From Candidatus Limnocylindria bacterium (GTDB taxonomy: Bacteria > Chloroflexota > Limnocylindria > P2-11E), in NCBI GenBank assembly GCA_036565345.1, contig DATCNH010000081.1:2118-66117 (forward strand): a stretch of DNA of 64,000 nucleotides. The letters run 5' to 3'. A model generated the notes under the pieces. The model worked only from the letters and a program-made list of their open reading frames with translations, made no database searches and was not told the origin of the DNA. Shown in pieces: positions 16,674-26,021 of this stretch. The translations under genes and the position numbers were made by a program. The first letter of the stretch is position 1. Each line of letters begins with the position of its first letter.

Positions 16674-17520
16674 GCCGGCCGGCCGATCGGTCGGGCTCAT
16701 CGGGATCGCCGCCGCGATCACGCGCGAGCCGGTCGCGCTCGTGGGCCTGGCGCTGGTCCTCCTGTATGCCGGCGTCGCGCTCACCGTCGGGATCCTTCCG
16801 CTGCGCGACCCGCTCCTCCTGTCCACGCACCGGCTCGAGCCGCCGTCGGCCGGATTCCCGCTCGGCACCGACGCGCTCGGGCGCGACCTGCTGAGCCGGG
16901 TCCTCTTCGGCGCCCGCCTCTCGATGCAGGTCGCCGTGTTCTCCGTCACGGCGGCGACCGTCGTCGGCGGGATCTGCGGCCTCGTGGCCGGCTATCTCGG
17001 CGGCGCGGTGGATCTCGTGATCGGCCGGGCGATGGATGTGCTCTTCTCGTTCCCGGCGATCCTGCTCGCGCTCGGCATCGTGGCCGCGCTCGGTCCAGAC
17101 CCGAGCAACGTGATCGTCGCCATCGCGGTGGTGTACACCCCGATCTTCGCGCGCGTCGTCCGCGGCCCGGTGCTCGCGCTGAAGGCGCGCGAGTTCGTGG
17201 AGGCCGCGCGCGCGGTGGGTGCGACGCGGACGCGCATTGTGCTACGCCACATCGTGCCGAACCTGCTGCCGACGCTCGTCGTCCAGGTCAGCCTGGCGCT
17301 CTCGTGGGCGGTGCTGACGGAGGGCGCCCTGTCGTTCCTCGGCCTCTCCGCGCAGCCGCCCGCGCCGTCCTGGGGCGTGATGCTCAGCGAGGGCCGGCAG
17401 TACCTGGAGTTCGCCACGCATCTCGCCATCTTTCCCGGCCTTGCGATCATGGTCGCCGTGCTTGGCTTCAATCTCCTCGGCGACGGGCTGCGCGACGCGC
17501 TTGATCCGCAGCACCGATGA
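16666..17520 (+). CDS. ABC transporter permease (DppC/OppC-like)
   Basis: N-terminal OppC_N-like region plus the BPD_transp_1 EAA-type motif. TTG start at 16666 overlaps the upstream stop; the exact start is uncertain. Confidence 0.8.
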   Translation: MRRPAGRSVGLIGIAAAITREPVALVGLALVLLYAGVALTVGILPLRDPLLLSTHRLEPPSAGFPLGTDALGRDLLSRVLFGARLSMQVAVFSVTAATVVGGICGLVAGYLGGAVDLVIGRAMDVLFSFPAILLALGIVAALGPDPSNVIVAIAVVYTPIFARVVRGPVLALKAREFVEAARAVGATRTRIVLRHIVPNLLPTLVVQVSLALSWAVLTEGALSFLGLSAQPPAPSWGVMLSEGRQYLEFATHLAIFPGLAIMVAVLGFNLLGDGLRDALDPQHR

Positions 17521-17984
17521 GGATCTCCCGCGCCGGCCCGGAGCACCTCGGGGCGATCCGCGAGCTCCTCGTCGCCTCCCCCCTCCTCCGGCGCTACGGG
17601 ACGACGAAGCGGGGCGCACGCGCGAGCCTGGAGGAGGCGCTCGGCGCAGGGGACACCCTCGTCGTCGCGCTGGAAGGGATCGAGGTGCTGGGTGTCGCCT
17701 GGGTCATTGCGACCCGAGCGCTGGATCGGTCGGCGTACCTTCGGCTGCTGCTCGTGTCCGAGGGCAGCCGCTCGCAGGGCATCGGCGGACGGCTCGTGGC
17801 CGACGTCGAGCGCAGAGCGCGTGCCGCGGGCTGCCGCCACCTCCTCCTCCTTGTCACAACGACCAACCGGCGCGCTCGGGCCTTCTATGTCCGGCATGGC
17901 TACCGACACTTCGCCGACCTCCCGGCGTTCGTTCGTCCCGGGATATCGGAGTCGCTCTACCAGAAGCGCCTGTCCGGGCGCTGA
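17517..17984 (+). CDS. GNAT family N-acetyltransferase
   Basis: Acetyl-CoA binding motif (SRSQGIGGRLVADVERRARAAG). ATG overlaps the dppC-like stop (ATGA). Confidence 0.7.
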   Translation: MRISRAGPEHLGAIRELLVASPLLRRYGTTKRGARASLEEALGAGDTLVVALEGIEVLGVAWVIATRALDRSAYLRLLLVSEGSRSQGIGGRLVADVERRARAAGCRHLLLLVTTTNRRARAFYVRHGYRHFADLPAFVRPGISESLYQKRLSGR

Positions 17985-18040
17985 GTCGCGGACCGCGCCC
18001 GGAGCGACCGCGCCGGGCCGCCACTCGGCGGGTCTCGGCG

Positions 18041-18775
18041 TCAGTGCCGGCTGCGGGCGACCTCCGCCGCGCTGTCGCGTGCGGCGAGCTCCACGGTGTC
18101 GTCGAGCGGCGCGAGGGCGACCTCGCCGTACCGCCGCGCGAGCGCCCAGCCGGTGAGCCGGTCGGCGAGCCAGGGGTTCTTCGGCAGCGCCGAGCCGTGG
18201 CAATAGCAGCCGATGAGCCGCCCCTGCACCGCGCCCTCGGTCTTGTCCTCGCCGTTGTTCCCGTGTCCGACGATGACCTGCGCGAGCGGCAACACGGCGG
18301 GCCCCAGGTAGGTCCGGCCGCTGTGATTCTCGAAGCCGATGAGCGTGTCGGCGCCTGCCCGTGCGAGCAGGTTCCCGACGAACCGCTCCTTCCCCGCCCG
18401 GGTCGTCACGTCGAGCACGCCGAGGCCGGCGATCGCCGGACCATCCTCGGGCACGTATTCGCGGCCGAGGAGCTGGTATCCGCCGCAGACCGAGAACACC
18501 GCGGCGCCGCCGGCGATCGACCGGCGGAGCGCCTCGCCGTTCGGCCCGGCGAGATCGGCGCCGACGAGGTCCTGTCCCTGATCCTGACCGCCGCCGAAGA
18601 ACCAGAGATCGGCCCAGTCGGGGTCGAACGTGTCGCCGAGAGTGTGGGAGCGCACGAGCGGCTCGATCCCCCGCCAGCGGGCGCGCTGCGCGAGGGCGAG
18701 GACGTTCCCCCGGTCGCCGTAGATCGACATGAGGTCGGGATACAGGTGGCCGATGCGCAGCTCCATGAGCCTCAA
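18041..18775 (-). CDS. gatD: lipid II isoglutaminyl synthase glutaminase subunit GatD (CobB/CobQ-type GATase)
   Basis: MRLMELRIGHLYPDLMSIYGDRGN... with the catalytic Cys context FSVCGGYQLLG and a C-terminal His. Directly downstream of murT. Confidence 0.8.
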   Translation of the reverse strand: MRLMELRIGHLYPDLMSIYGDRGNVLALAQRARWRGIEPLVRSHTLGDTFDPDWADLWFFGGGQDQGQDLVGADLAGPNGEALRRSIAGGAAVFSVCGGYQLLGREYVPEDGPAIAGLGVLDVTTRAGKERFVGNLLARAGADTLIGFENHSGRTYLGPAVLPLAQVIVGHGNNGEDKTEGAVQGRLIGCYCHGSALPKNPWLADRLTGWALARRYGEVALAPLDDTVELAARDSAAEVARSRH

Positions 18776-20202
18776 TCCTCCCAGAACTGCTTCACGTGGC
18801 CGAGCCGCGCGAGCGCGTCACGGAGCGCGAGCATGGCGGTGTAGGTCGTGAGCACGACGATCTCCTCGCCGATCGGCGCCTCGGCGATCGCGCGACGGAT
18901 GGCCACGGCCCAGCCGTCCACGACCACGATGAGCTCGGACGGAACGCCGGCGTACTTCAGCCGCAGCGCCATGTCGCGCGCCCGCAGGCCGGTGACGACG
19001 GCGTGCGTGATCCGCGGCGCCAGCGCTTCAAAGTCGGCGTCCCAGATCCAGGAAACGTCGCGGGAGTCGGCATCGCGGTCATTCAGGGCGGCAAGGATCC
19101 GCGGCCGCCGCCCGGTCTCGAGCAGCGCGCCGATCGCGGCGTTGAAGCCGGCGGGGTTCTTGACCAGCACGAGCCGCAGCGAGCGGCCGTCGGCGGCGAT
19201 CGCCTCGAGCCGTCCGAACGCCGGCCGGTAGCCGGCCAGGGCCCGCGTGGCCGTCGGCAGGGGGATATCCAGCGCACGCGCGGTCGCGAGCGCCGCGAGG
19301 GCGTTGTAGGCGTTGTACGCGCCGGGCACCGGGATGGCGATCGGATCCAGAACCGCCCCGACGGTCCCTGCGATCCGAAGCTCGGACCCCGCCGGACCGA
19401 GGAGCACCCGAGCGGCCGCGAGATCCCGCGGCGGGCGCGCCAGGCCGCAGCGCGTACACGACCAGTCGCCGACATGCGCGAGCACGATCCGGGTGTACGC
19501 CAGCGGCCCGTGACAGCGCGGGCAGCGGGTCGCGTCGCTGATCCCCTGGCTCGCCCGGTCCTCCGACGCCGTCGCGCCGAGCGCGCCGATCGCCGGGTCG
19601 TCGACCCCGAAGTAGAGAACCGGACCGCGGTGCGCGTTCCCGAGGTAGGCGACGATCGGATCGTCGGCGTTCAGCACGAGGGTGGTCGCGTCGGGCAACG
19701 GGCCGATCGCGGCGGCAAGTCGGCGGGCGAGCGCGTCGATCTCGAAATGGCGGTCCAGCTGGTCGCGGAACAGGTTGGTGACCACCAGGATCCGCGGATG
19801 CAGGCGCGCGAGGATCCGCGGAACCGAGGCCTCGTCCAGCTCGTAGATGCCCACGTTCGCGCGGGGCTCGCCGCTCCAGGTCGCATCGGCAAGGAGCGCG
19901 GCGGCGAGGCCTCGATCGAGGTTGGAGCCCGAGCGATTGTGGACCGGGGCCCAGCCGGCGGCCCGAACGATGTCCGACAGCATCCGGGTGGTCGTCGTCT
20001 TCCCGTTCGTCCCGGTGACCGCCACCGTGCCATGCGACAGGGCCCCGGAGACGCTGGCGACGGTGTTCGGATCGACCGCGAGGGCAACGAGACCCGGAAG
20101 CGAGGTGGCCCCCCGACCGAGGAGCTGGAGGGCGGATCGGGTCGCCTTGCCGGCGACGATCGCGGCGGTCGTCCTGAGCTGTCTCGTGCCGGTCCGGTCC
20201 AT
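18772..20202 (-). CDS. murT: lipid II isoglutaminyl synthase ligase subunit MurT (Mur ligase family + DUF1727)
   Basis: Mur ligase P-loop VAVTGTNGKTTTTRML and an internal Cys4 motif (CPRCHGPLAYTRIVLAHVGDWSCTRCG) typical of MurT. ATG at 20200-20202. Confidence 0.85.
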   Translation of the reverse strand: MDRTGTRQLRTTAAIVAGKATRSALQLLGRGATSLPGLVALAVDPNTVASVSGALSHGTVAVTGTNGKTTTTRMLSDIVRAAGWAPVHNRSGSNLDRGLAAALLADATWSGEPRANVGIYELDEASVPRILARLHPRILVVTNLFRDQLDRHFEIDALARRLAAAIGPLPDATTLVLNADDPIVAYLGNAHRGPVLYFGVDDPAIGALGATASEDRASQGISDATRCPRCHGPLAYTRIVLAHVGDWSCTRCGLARPPRDLAAARVLLGPAGSELRIAGTVGAVLDPIAIPVPGAYNAYNALAALATARALDIPLPTATRALAGYRPAFGRLEAIAADGRSLRLVLVKNPAGFNAAIGALLETGRRPRILAALNDRDADSRDVSWIWDADFEALAPRITHAVVTGLRARDMALRLKYAGVPSELIVVVDGWAVAIRRAIAEAPIGEEIVVLTTYTAMLALRDALARLGHVKQFWED

Positions 20203-20212
20203 GCCGCGCAGG

Positions 20213-20830
20213 CTAAACGGCGGCGGGCTGGACCTCTCGCACGAGGAGCTCAAGCTCGTCCACGGCGCGGCCGAGCCGCAGCGCCAGCGCCTTGGCGGTG
20301 TCGCCATTCGTGCTCGCCGCCTGCAAGCTGCCCTGCGAATCGAGGTGGGCCAGCAGGCCGACCGCCCGGCGCAGACGGGCGATCGTGAGCGAGGCAGGAA
20401 GCGTCCGGCGCAGCGCACCGACCCGATCCTCCAGTCGCTCGAGGCGACGGCGAAGCTCATCCTCCAGGTCCTCGACGGACATGCTGTCCAGGCGGCTCAC
20501 CTCGGATGCGAGGGCCGAGAGGTCGCGTTGGACGACCTGCGCGGCCTTCTCGAGCGAGTACCCCTTCTCCAGGGCCTGGCGGATCCGGATCACCTTCTCC
20601 ATGGCGAACACGTCGTAGTCATGGTCGTCGGAGGTCGAGGGCTTCACGAGGCCCTTCTTGGTCCAATAGATCAGCTGGCGGGGGGTCACGTTGCAGACCC
20701 GGGCAGCCTCGGCCGCGGACAGGCGCAGCCGCTGGATCACCTCGCCATCGTTCGCGATGAGCACCTGGGCCAGGGCGTCACGCCCCTCGAGCTCCGCCAC
20801 GATCCTCCCCTTTTCCCCACGAGCGCGCAT
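20213..20830 (-). CDS. MerR-family transcriptional regulator
   Basis: HTH (AAEAARVCNVTPRQLIYWTKKGLV) followed by a long coiled-coil region. Confidence 0.7.
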   Translation of the reverse strand: MRARGEKGRIVAELEGRDALAQVLIANDGEVIQRLRLSAAEAARVCNVTPRQLIYWTKKGLVKPSTSDDHDYDVFAMEKVIRIRQALEKGYSLEKAAQVVQRDLSALASEVSRLDSMSVEDLEDELRRRLERLEDRVGALRRTLPASLTIARLRRAVGLLAHLDSQGSLQAASTNGDTAKALALRLGRAVDELELLVREVQPAAV

Positions 20831-20936
20831 CCGCCCGACCGCCGTCGCGGGGGGCGACGATTGTGTCCGCGCCTGCCCAGCATGTCAAGAACAAAGACAG
20901 GTGGCCCATCCTGGACCACGAGACAGGGCTTGACTG

Positions 20937-21212
20937 CTAGCCGGGTCGCCTCTTGGAGGCCCCCTGGGGCGGCCCCAGCGCCTGGCGATAGGCCACCTTC
21001 ACCGTCGCGCGGTACAGCCGGATCGCGGACCCGTCCAGGTCGGCCCACAGCCGATCGACCTCGACCGCGACCGGGCGCTCGACCTCGGCGGCCACGCTCT
21101 TCACCGCGGCCTTCACCGCGGCCTCCCACCCGGAGCGCGCCGAGCCGTGGGCTTCAATGATCCGCACGACCGGAGTGAGGCTCTTCCGCGGACGCCGCGG
21201 CGTGGTCGGCAC
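20937..21212 (-). CDS. dodecin-family protein (flavin-binding, DUF1458)
   Basis: ...VVRIIEAHGSARSGWEAAVKAAVKSVAAEV...VEVDRLWADLDGSAIRLYRATVKVAYR matches the dodecin fold. The start is either GTG 21212 (1-nt overlap with the regulator stop) or GTG 21167. Confidence 0.55.
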   Translation of the reverse strand: MPTTPRRPRKSLTPVVRIIEAHGSARSGWEAAVKAAVKSVAAEVERPVAVEVDRLWADLDGSAIRLYRATVKVAYRQALGPPQGASKRRPG

Positions 21213-22606
21213 TAACGGGCCTTGGGCGGGTAGCCCTCGAGGGCGTACTCCTTGATCTTGGCGTACAGCAGGCGCCGGTAGATGCCGAGCATCTCCGCGG
21301 CCTTCGAGCGATTGCCGCCCGCGTCACGGAGGGCCTTCATGATGAGATCCTTCTCGAACTGGGCGACCGACTTCTTGAAGAAGGAGCTATCGCCCTTCAT
21401 CTCTCCCGCATCGTCGTCCTCGCCCTCACCGGCCTCGTGCTCGCCGAACGGCAGCTCGCGGCTGGTGATGATCTGGCCGCGCGACAGGACAACGGCGCGC
21501 TCGACGACGTTCTCGAGCTCGCGGACGTTGCCCGGCCAGTTGTATTCGATGAGGCGGCGGAGCGCCTCCTCGCTGATCGCCGCCGGCTGTGCGGTGGCGC
21601 TGTACCGGTGCTTCGCGAGGAAGTGCTCGACGAGCGACGGAATGTCCTCCTTGCGCTCGCGGAGCGGCGGCATGTGGATGTTGATGACGTTGAGCCGGTA
21701 GTAGAGGTCGTCGCGGAACTTGTTCTGCTCGACCAGCTTTTGCAGGTCCTTGTTCGTGGCGCACACGATGCGAATATCGACCTTGATCGACAGGTTCGAT
21801 CCGATCCGCTCGATCTTCCGCTCCTGCAGGACGCGCAGGAGCTTCGTTTGGGTCGGGACGCTCATCTCGCCGATCTCGTCGAGGAAGATCGTTCCCTTGT
21901 CGGCCATCTCGAAACGACCGCGCCGCTGGGCCATCGCTCCGGTGAACGAGCCCTTTTCGTGGCCAAAGAGCTCCGCTTCGAGCAGCGTCTCCGGGAGTGC
22001 GGCGCAGGACACCTTCACCAGCGGGCCGGAGCGGCGGTTGGAGTTGAAATGCAGCGCCTCCGCCACGAGCTCCTTTCCGGTGCCGCTCTCGCCGGTGATG
22101 AGGACCGTGGCATCGGCCTTCGCCACTTTCCCGACGGTCTTGTAGACCTCCTGCATCGCCGGGGAGTTCCCGACGATCCGCTCGGTCTGCACGAGCGAGC
22201 TGATCTCGTCGCGGAGGACCTCGACCTCCTGGGTGAGGTCCTGGTAGTCGAGGACCCGCTTCACGCTGTGCGAGATCTTCTCCAGCTCGAACGGCTTGGT
22301 GATGTAGTCGAACGCCCCAAGCTCCATCGCCCGGATCGCGGCGTTCGAGCTCCCGAAGGCGGTCATGATCAGGACCGCGGTCTTGGGGTTGGAGCCCTTG
22401 AGGCGCGAGAGCGCCTCGATGCCGTCGAGCTCCGGCATCCGGACATCCATGATCACCAGGTCGGGGCTCGATTCCTTGACCTTCTCGACGACCTCGACCC
22501 CGGTGGACGCTTCCTGCACGGCGAAGCCCTCATCGACGAGCAGCTGCTTCAGGAGCGAACGGATCGAGGCATCGTCATCGGCGACGAGGATCGTCTTCTG
22601 CGCCAT
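21212..22606 (-). CDS. sigma-54-dependent response regulator (NtrC family: REC + AAA+ bEBP + Fis-type HTH)
   Basis: REC (ILVADDDASIRSLL...LVIMDVRMPELDG), Walker A GESGTGKE, GAFTGA-type loop (EKGSFTGA), Walker B/arginine finger, and a C-terminal HTH (NRSKAAEMLGIYRRLLYAKIKEY). ATG at 22604-22606; the track ORF is over-extended. Confidence 0.9.
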   Translation of the reverse strand: MAQKTILVADDDASIRSLLKQLLVDEGFAVQEASTGVEVVEKVKESSPDLVIMDVRMPELDGIEALSRLKGSNPKTAVLIMTAFGSSNAAIRAMELGAFDYITKPFELEKISHSVKRVLDYQDLTQEVEVLRDEISSLVQTERIVGNSPAMQEVYKTVGKVAKADATVLITGESGTGKELVAEALHFNSNRRSGPLVKVSCAALPETLLEAELFGHEKGSFTGAMAQRRGRFEMADKGTIFLDEIGEMSVPTQTKLLRVLQERKIERIGSNLSIKVDIRIVCATNKDLQKLVEQNKFRDDLYYRLNVINIHMPPLRERKEDIPSLVEHFLAKHRYSATAQPAAISEEALRRLIEYNWPGNVRELENVVERAVVLSRGQIITSRELPFGEHEAGEGEDDDAGEMKGDSSFFKKSVAQFEKDLIMKALRDAGGNRSKAAEMLGIYRRLLYAKIKEYALEGYPPKAR

Positions 22607-22754
22607 CGTTCTGTACGGTTCCTTCCCACGAGATGGGCGGAGGCCTCGTTTGGCGCCCGCCGGCTCCCCAGAACGCAAGATTGTGTGTCGCCTAGCGTAC
22701 ATGTCAAGTCGCCGCTCGGCAGGCGCCCGGTCCGGAGACCTGACCGCGAACCGG

Positions 22755-24476
22755 TCAGGCCACGTCGTAGATCGCGCGGACGCGGGTGGCCGCGAGCGCG
22801 GTCGCCAGGGTGAGCGCGCCAGCCACGGCGATGAGGATCTCCGGCCCAATCGCGTCGGCGAGGAGCCCGGAGACCAGGATGATCGGGAGCCAGCTGAGGT
22901 TGGAGAGGGCGATCCGCGCGCCGAACACGCGGGCCCTCATCGCGGGCGGCGTCGCCTCCTGAAAGATCGTCACCGTCGGGACGTAGAAGATGACGTTCGT
23001 CAGCCCGAGCAGCGCGAAGAGCCCGAGGGCGATGGGGAACGCCGGCGCGAGGGCGATGAGCACGATCACCGCACCGGTGGCGGCGAAGCCGCCGACCAGC
23101 AGCCGGCCCTTGCGCACTCCGCCGAGATAGCGCGGGAGCACCGCGCTGCCGAAGACCGCGCCGAAGGCGATCGCCGCCTCGGCCGCGCCGTACTCGATCG
23201 CCCCGAGGTGCGGGTCGTTGTCCGCGAACCGGCGGACCACCAGGACCGGGCTGAGGCCGTTGATGACCGGATTCGAGACCTGGGCCGCGAGCGAGAACAC
23301 CGTGTTGGACCAGAGGACCGCGGACCGGCGAAGAAAGCGCAGCCCCTCCCGGGCATCGCTCACGACGCGCCCCAGCGTGACGCGGCGGGAGATCTCGGTC
23401 ACGCTCACCCGCGCGAGCAGCACGGCCGACAGCGCGAACGTCGCAGCGTCGATGTAGAACGCGCCTTCGCCGACCGTCGCGACCAGCAGGCCGCCAGCCA
23501 GCGCCCCGCCGATCTCGATCGCCCGGTCCGATGCGTACACGAGGGAGTTCCCGGCCGCGAGCCGGTCGGGGGTGAGGAGCGCCGGGACGAGCGCGATCCG
23601 GGCCGGGTTGAACACCGCCCCGCAGATGCCGGCAAGGAGGACGACCGCGAACGGCAGGACGAGCGGCGCGCCGGCGAGCAGCAGGACCGGGATCGTCGCG
23701 ATGAGGACGGCACGGACGATGTCACACCAGAGCATCGCGCGGCGGTGGCCCACCGCGTCGGCGATCGCGCCGCCGAAGAACCCGAAGACCGCGTTGGGGA
23801 TCGTCGCGATGACGACCGCCAGCGCGGTGAGGAACGCCGACTGCGTGGCCCGGTAGGTGACGAAGGTGAGCGCGACGAGGGTGATCGGATCGCCGAACCG
23901 GCTGATCACCTGCGCGAGCCAGAAGAACGCGAAATTCGGAGAGCGAAGCTCGAGGACCGGCGCGGAGCCGTCGGCCTCGGGCTGGACGAGGATGAACGGG
24001 ATGAGGAAGCCGCCGACCGCGATGAGGAAGTCGCCGACGCTGTACACGCCGCGGACAACGCCCACGGGGATGATGTCGGCAAGGAACCGCAGTTGGGTCT
24101 CGGGGCCAAGGACGACGTGGAGCGCGTCGGTCGGCAGCGCCGCGCCGACCCCCCGGGTCACATCCACGTCGTACGGCATCCCGGTGTTCACCAGTGCCAC
24201 GAGCACGTTGAGCGCGGTCCCCACCGCGATGAGCGCGGCACCGGGGACCCGCCAGTTGGCGAGCGCCACGAGCGCGACGCCGGCCAGTCCGGCGAGATAG
24301 ACCGCGAGCGGTGCGACCGGGACCACCGCCCCCACGATCCGCAGGCCCGCCGCGACCGCCAGCACCGGCCAGAGCCGCAGGCTGAGGAATGCGAGGCGCC
24401 GCCAGTCTCCGCCGAACGCGATGCCCGCCGCGAGCCCTGCGACTACTCCACTAACCAGCATGCGCGTCGCGGGCAA
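22755..24476 (-). CDS. MFS transporter (12-TM, roughly 22755-23954) fused in frame to an N-terminal ~170-aa DUF5317-like polytopic module
   Basis: The C-terminal two-thirds starts ...LRSPNFAFFWLAQVISRFGDPITLVALTF, the typical MFS_3 N-terminus. The N-terminal ~170 aa (GDWRRLAFLSLRLWPVLAV...LVNTGMPYDV...FLADIIPVGV...SVGDFLIAVGGFLIPF) resemble stand-alone small membrane proteins. No stop separates them; an internal start is possible. Confidence 0.6.
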   Translation of the reverse strand: MPATRMLVSGVVAGLAAGIAFGGDWRRLAFLSLRLWPVLAVAAGLRIVGAVVPVAPLAVYLAGLAGVALVALANWRVPGAALIAVGTALNVLVALVNTGMPYDVDVTRGVGAALPTDALHVVLGPETQLRFLADIIPVGVVRGVYSVGDFLIAVGGFLIPFILVQPEADGSAPVLELRSPNFAFFWLAQVISRFGDPITLVALTFVTYRATQSAFLTALAVVIATIPNAVFGFFGGAIADAVGHRRAMLWCDIVRAVLIATIPVLLLAGAPLVLPFAVVLLAGICGAVFNPARIALVPALLTPDRLAAGNSLVYASDRAIEIGGALAGGLLVATVGEGAFYIDAATFALSAVLLARVSVTEISRRVTLGRVVSDAREGLRFLRRSAVLWSNTVFSLAAQVSNPVINGLSPVLVVRRFADNDPHLGAIEYGAAEAAIAFGAVFGSAVLPRYLGGVRKGRLLVGGFAATGAVIVLIALAPAFPIALGLFALLGLTNVIFYVPTVTIFQEATPPAMRARVFGARIALSNLSWLPIILVSGLLADAIGPEILIAVAGALTLATALAATRVRAIYDVA

Positions 24477-25815
24477 GGGGCTCGCGCGCCAGCCGGCGCC
24501 GCAGCTCCGCCAGGGTCTCGTAGTTGATTGGCGGCAGGTCGCTCACCTCGAACGCACCGGGGCCGGCCTTCTCCAGGAGCGCCACGATCGCCCGGACGAT
24601 CCGCGGATCGAACTGGGTGCCCTTGTACTTTTCCAGCTGCTCGAGCGCGCGGTCGTGGCCGATCGCCTTGCGGTAGATGCGATCCGAGGTCATCGCCTCA
24701 TAGGCGTCGGCGACGATGATGATTCGCGCGCCGATCGGGATCTCCTCGCCCTTCAGGCCCTCCGGATAGCCGGAGCCGTCGAAGTTCTCGTGATGGCTCA
24801 GCACCAGCGGGACGAGCGGGCGGAGCGCGGCCGAGGGCTCCAGGATCGACGCACCGTAGATCGGATGGCGGCGCATCAGCTCCTGCTCGTCCTGATCGAG
24901 CCGCATCGGCTTCATCAGGATCTTGTCCTCGACCCCGATCTTCCCAATGTCGTGCAGCAGGCCGGCGAGCTCGATCTGCTCGATCTGCTTTTCCGGCATC
25001 CCCATGTCACGGGCGATCGCGCCGGCGATCCGCGACACCCGGTCGGCATGACCACGGGTGAATCCATCTTTGGCATCGATGGCCTGGGAGAGCGCGCTGA
25101 CCGTGCCGAAGAACAGCTCCCGGGTCTCGGCGTATTTGCTGAAGGAGTACCGGGCAAGATAGAGCGGCACCATGAACAGGCCGGCGGCCCACAGGCCCAC
25201 CTTGACTGCGATTTCCGCCATCAGCCAACCGAGGGGCACGAGCGCGATCAGTCCCACAAAAACGTTTCCGACGCTCAACGCCCAAGTCCGACTCATCGGT
25301 GTTCCAGTCCGCTGGCTGGCGACCACAACGCCCAGGAATAGGTTGACCGTGCTGAAGGCAGCGCCCGCGAGGGCGATCTGGGCAACAGTTCCCAGTGGAT
25401 CGCCGGGGCGCACCGCAGCGTCGGTGACTCGCACCGCGGCCCATGCGGCGAATCCAGAAAGCAGATAGTCAAACCGGTTGTACAGCGTGCCGTGAAAAGG
25501 AAGCTCCCGCCTGACGTCTCGCAGCTCGATCGTTCCAATGAGAGCGATCCAGCAAACCGCGAACGGATTCGGTAGCCCGCTGTCGAAGACCGCCGCAATG
25601 AGCGGCGCGGTCGTCGTATGCGCGACCACATTGCCTGGAAGACGAACCGGGAGTGCAGCCAGTGTGAGCGTGATCACGATCCAAAAGAAGAGCCGGCCAA
25701 GATCGAGTCCCTCTGGAAGTGGAATCGATACCCTGAGTAGGACTGCGAATCCGGCGAGGATGACGCCGTACACGAGCAGTCGAATGTTCGCGGGTACCCG
25801 AAGCAGATTGAGCAC
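24451..25815 (-). CDS. membrane-anchored HD-GYP domain protein (putative c-di-GMP phosphodiesterase)
   Basis: N-terminal ~7 TM helices. HD motif (LAGLLHDIGKIGV) and GYP motif (HHENFDGSGYPEG). Its 3' end overlaps the next ORF by 26 nt. Confidence 0.85.
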   Translation of the reverse strand: MLNLLRVPANIRLLVYGVILAGFAVLLRVSIPLPEGLDLGRLFFWIVITLTLAALPVRLPGNVVAHTTTAPLIAAVFDSGLPNPFAVCWIALIGTIELRDVRRELPFHGTLYNRFDYLLSGFAAWAAVRVTDAAVRPGDPLGTVAQIALAGAAFSTVNLFLGVVVASQRTGTPMSRTWALSVGNVFVGLIALVPLGWLMAEIAVKVGLWAAGLFMVPLYLARYSFSKYAETRELFFGTVSALSQAIDAKDGFTRGHADRVSRIAGAIARDMGMPEKQIEQIELAGLLHDIGKIGVEDKILMKPMRLDQDEQELMRRHPIYGASILEPSAALRPLVPLVLSHHENFDGSGYPEGLKGEEIPIGARIIIVADAYEAMTSDRIYRKAIGHDRALEQLEKYKGTQFDPRIVRAIVALLEKAGPGAFEVSDLPPINYETLAELRRRLAREPLARDAHAG

Positions 25816-25943
25816 GCGGGCAGGATAAGCGAGCGGCTGCTTAAACCAGGTGGCTGGGGCGATCCACTGGGAAATCCAGAATGAAAAGAGAGCCCGATGA
25901 GGGCTCTCTTCACGCGTTCTATTGATAGTCAGGAAAGTCTGGC

Positions 25944-26021
25944 TTAGAAGCCTGAGATTCCGGCGCCGCCGCCGAGGACGAGGGCAGCAAGGGCCGCGAC
26001 CGCTGCAATGATCCTACGCAT
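25944..26021 (-). CDS. candidate small ORF (25 aa, hydrophobic): MRRIIAAVAALAALVLGGGAGISGF
   Basis: ATG at 26019-26021 with a strong SD (GGGAGG) 11 nt upstream. Lies in an unusually AT-richer intergenic region. No homology could be assessed. Confidence 0.25.
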   Translation of the reverse strand: MRRIIAAVAALAALVLGGGAGISGF

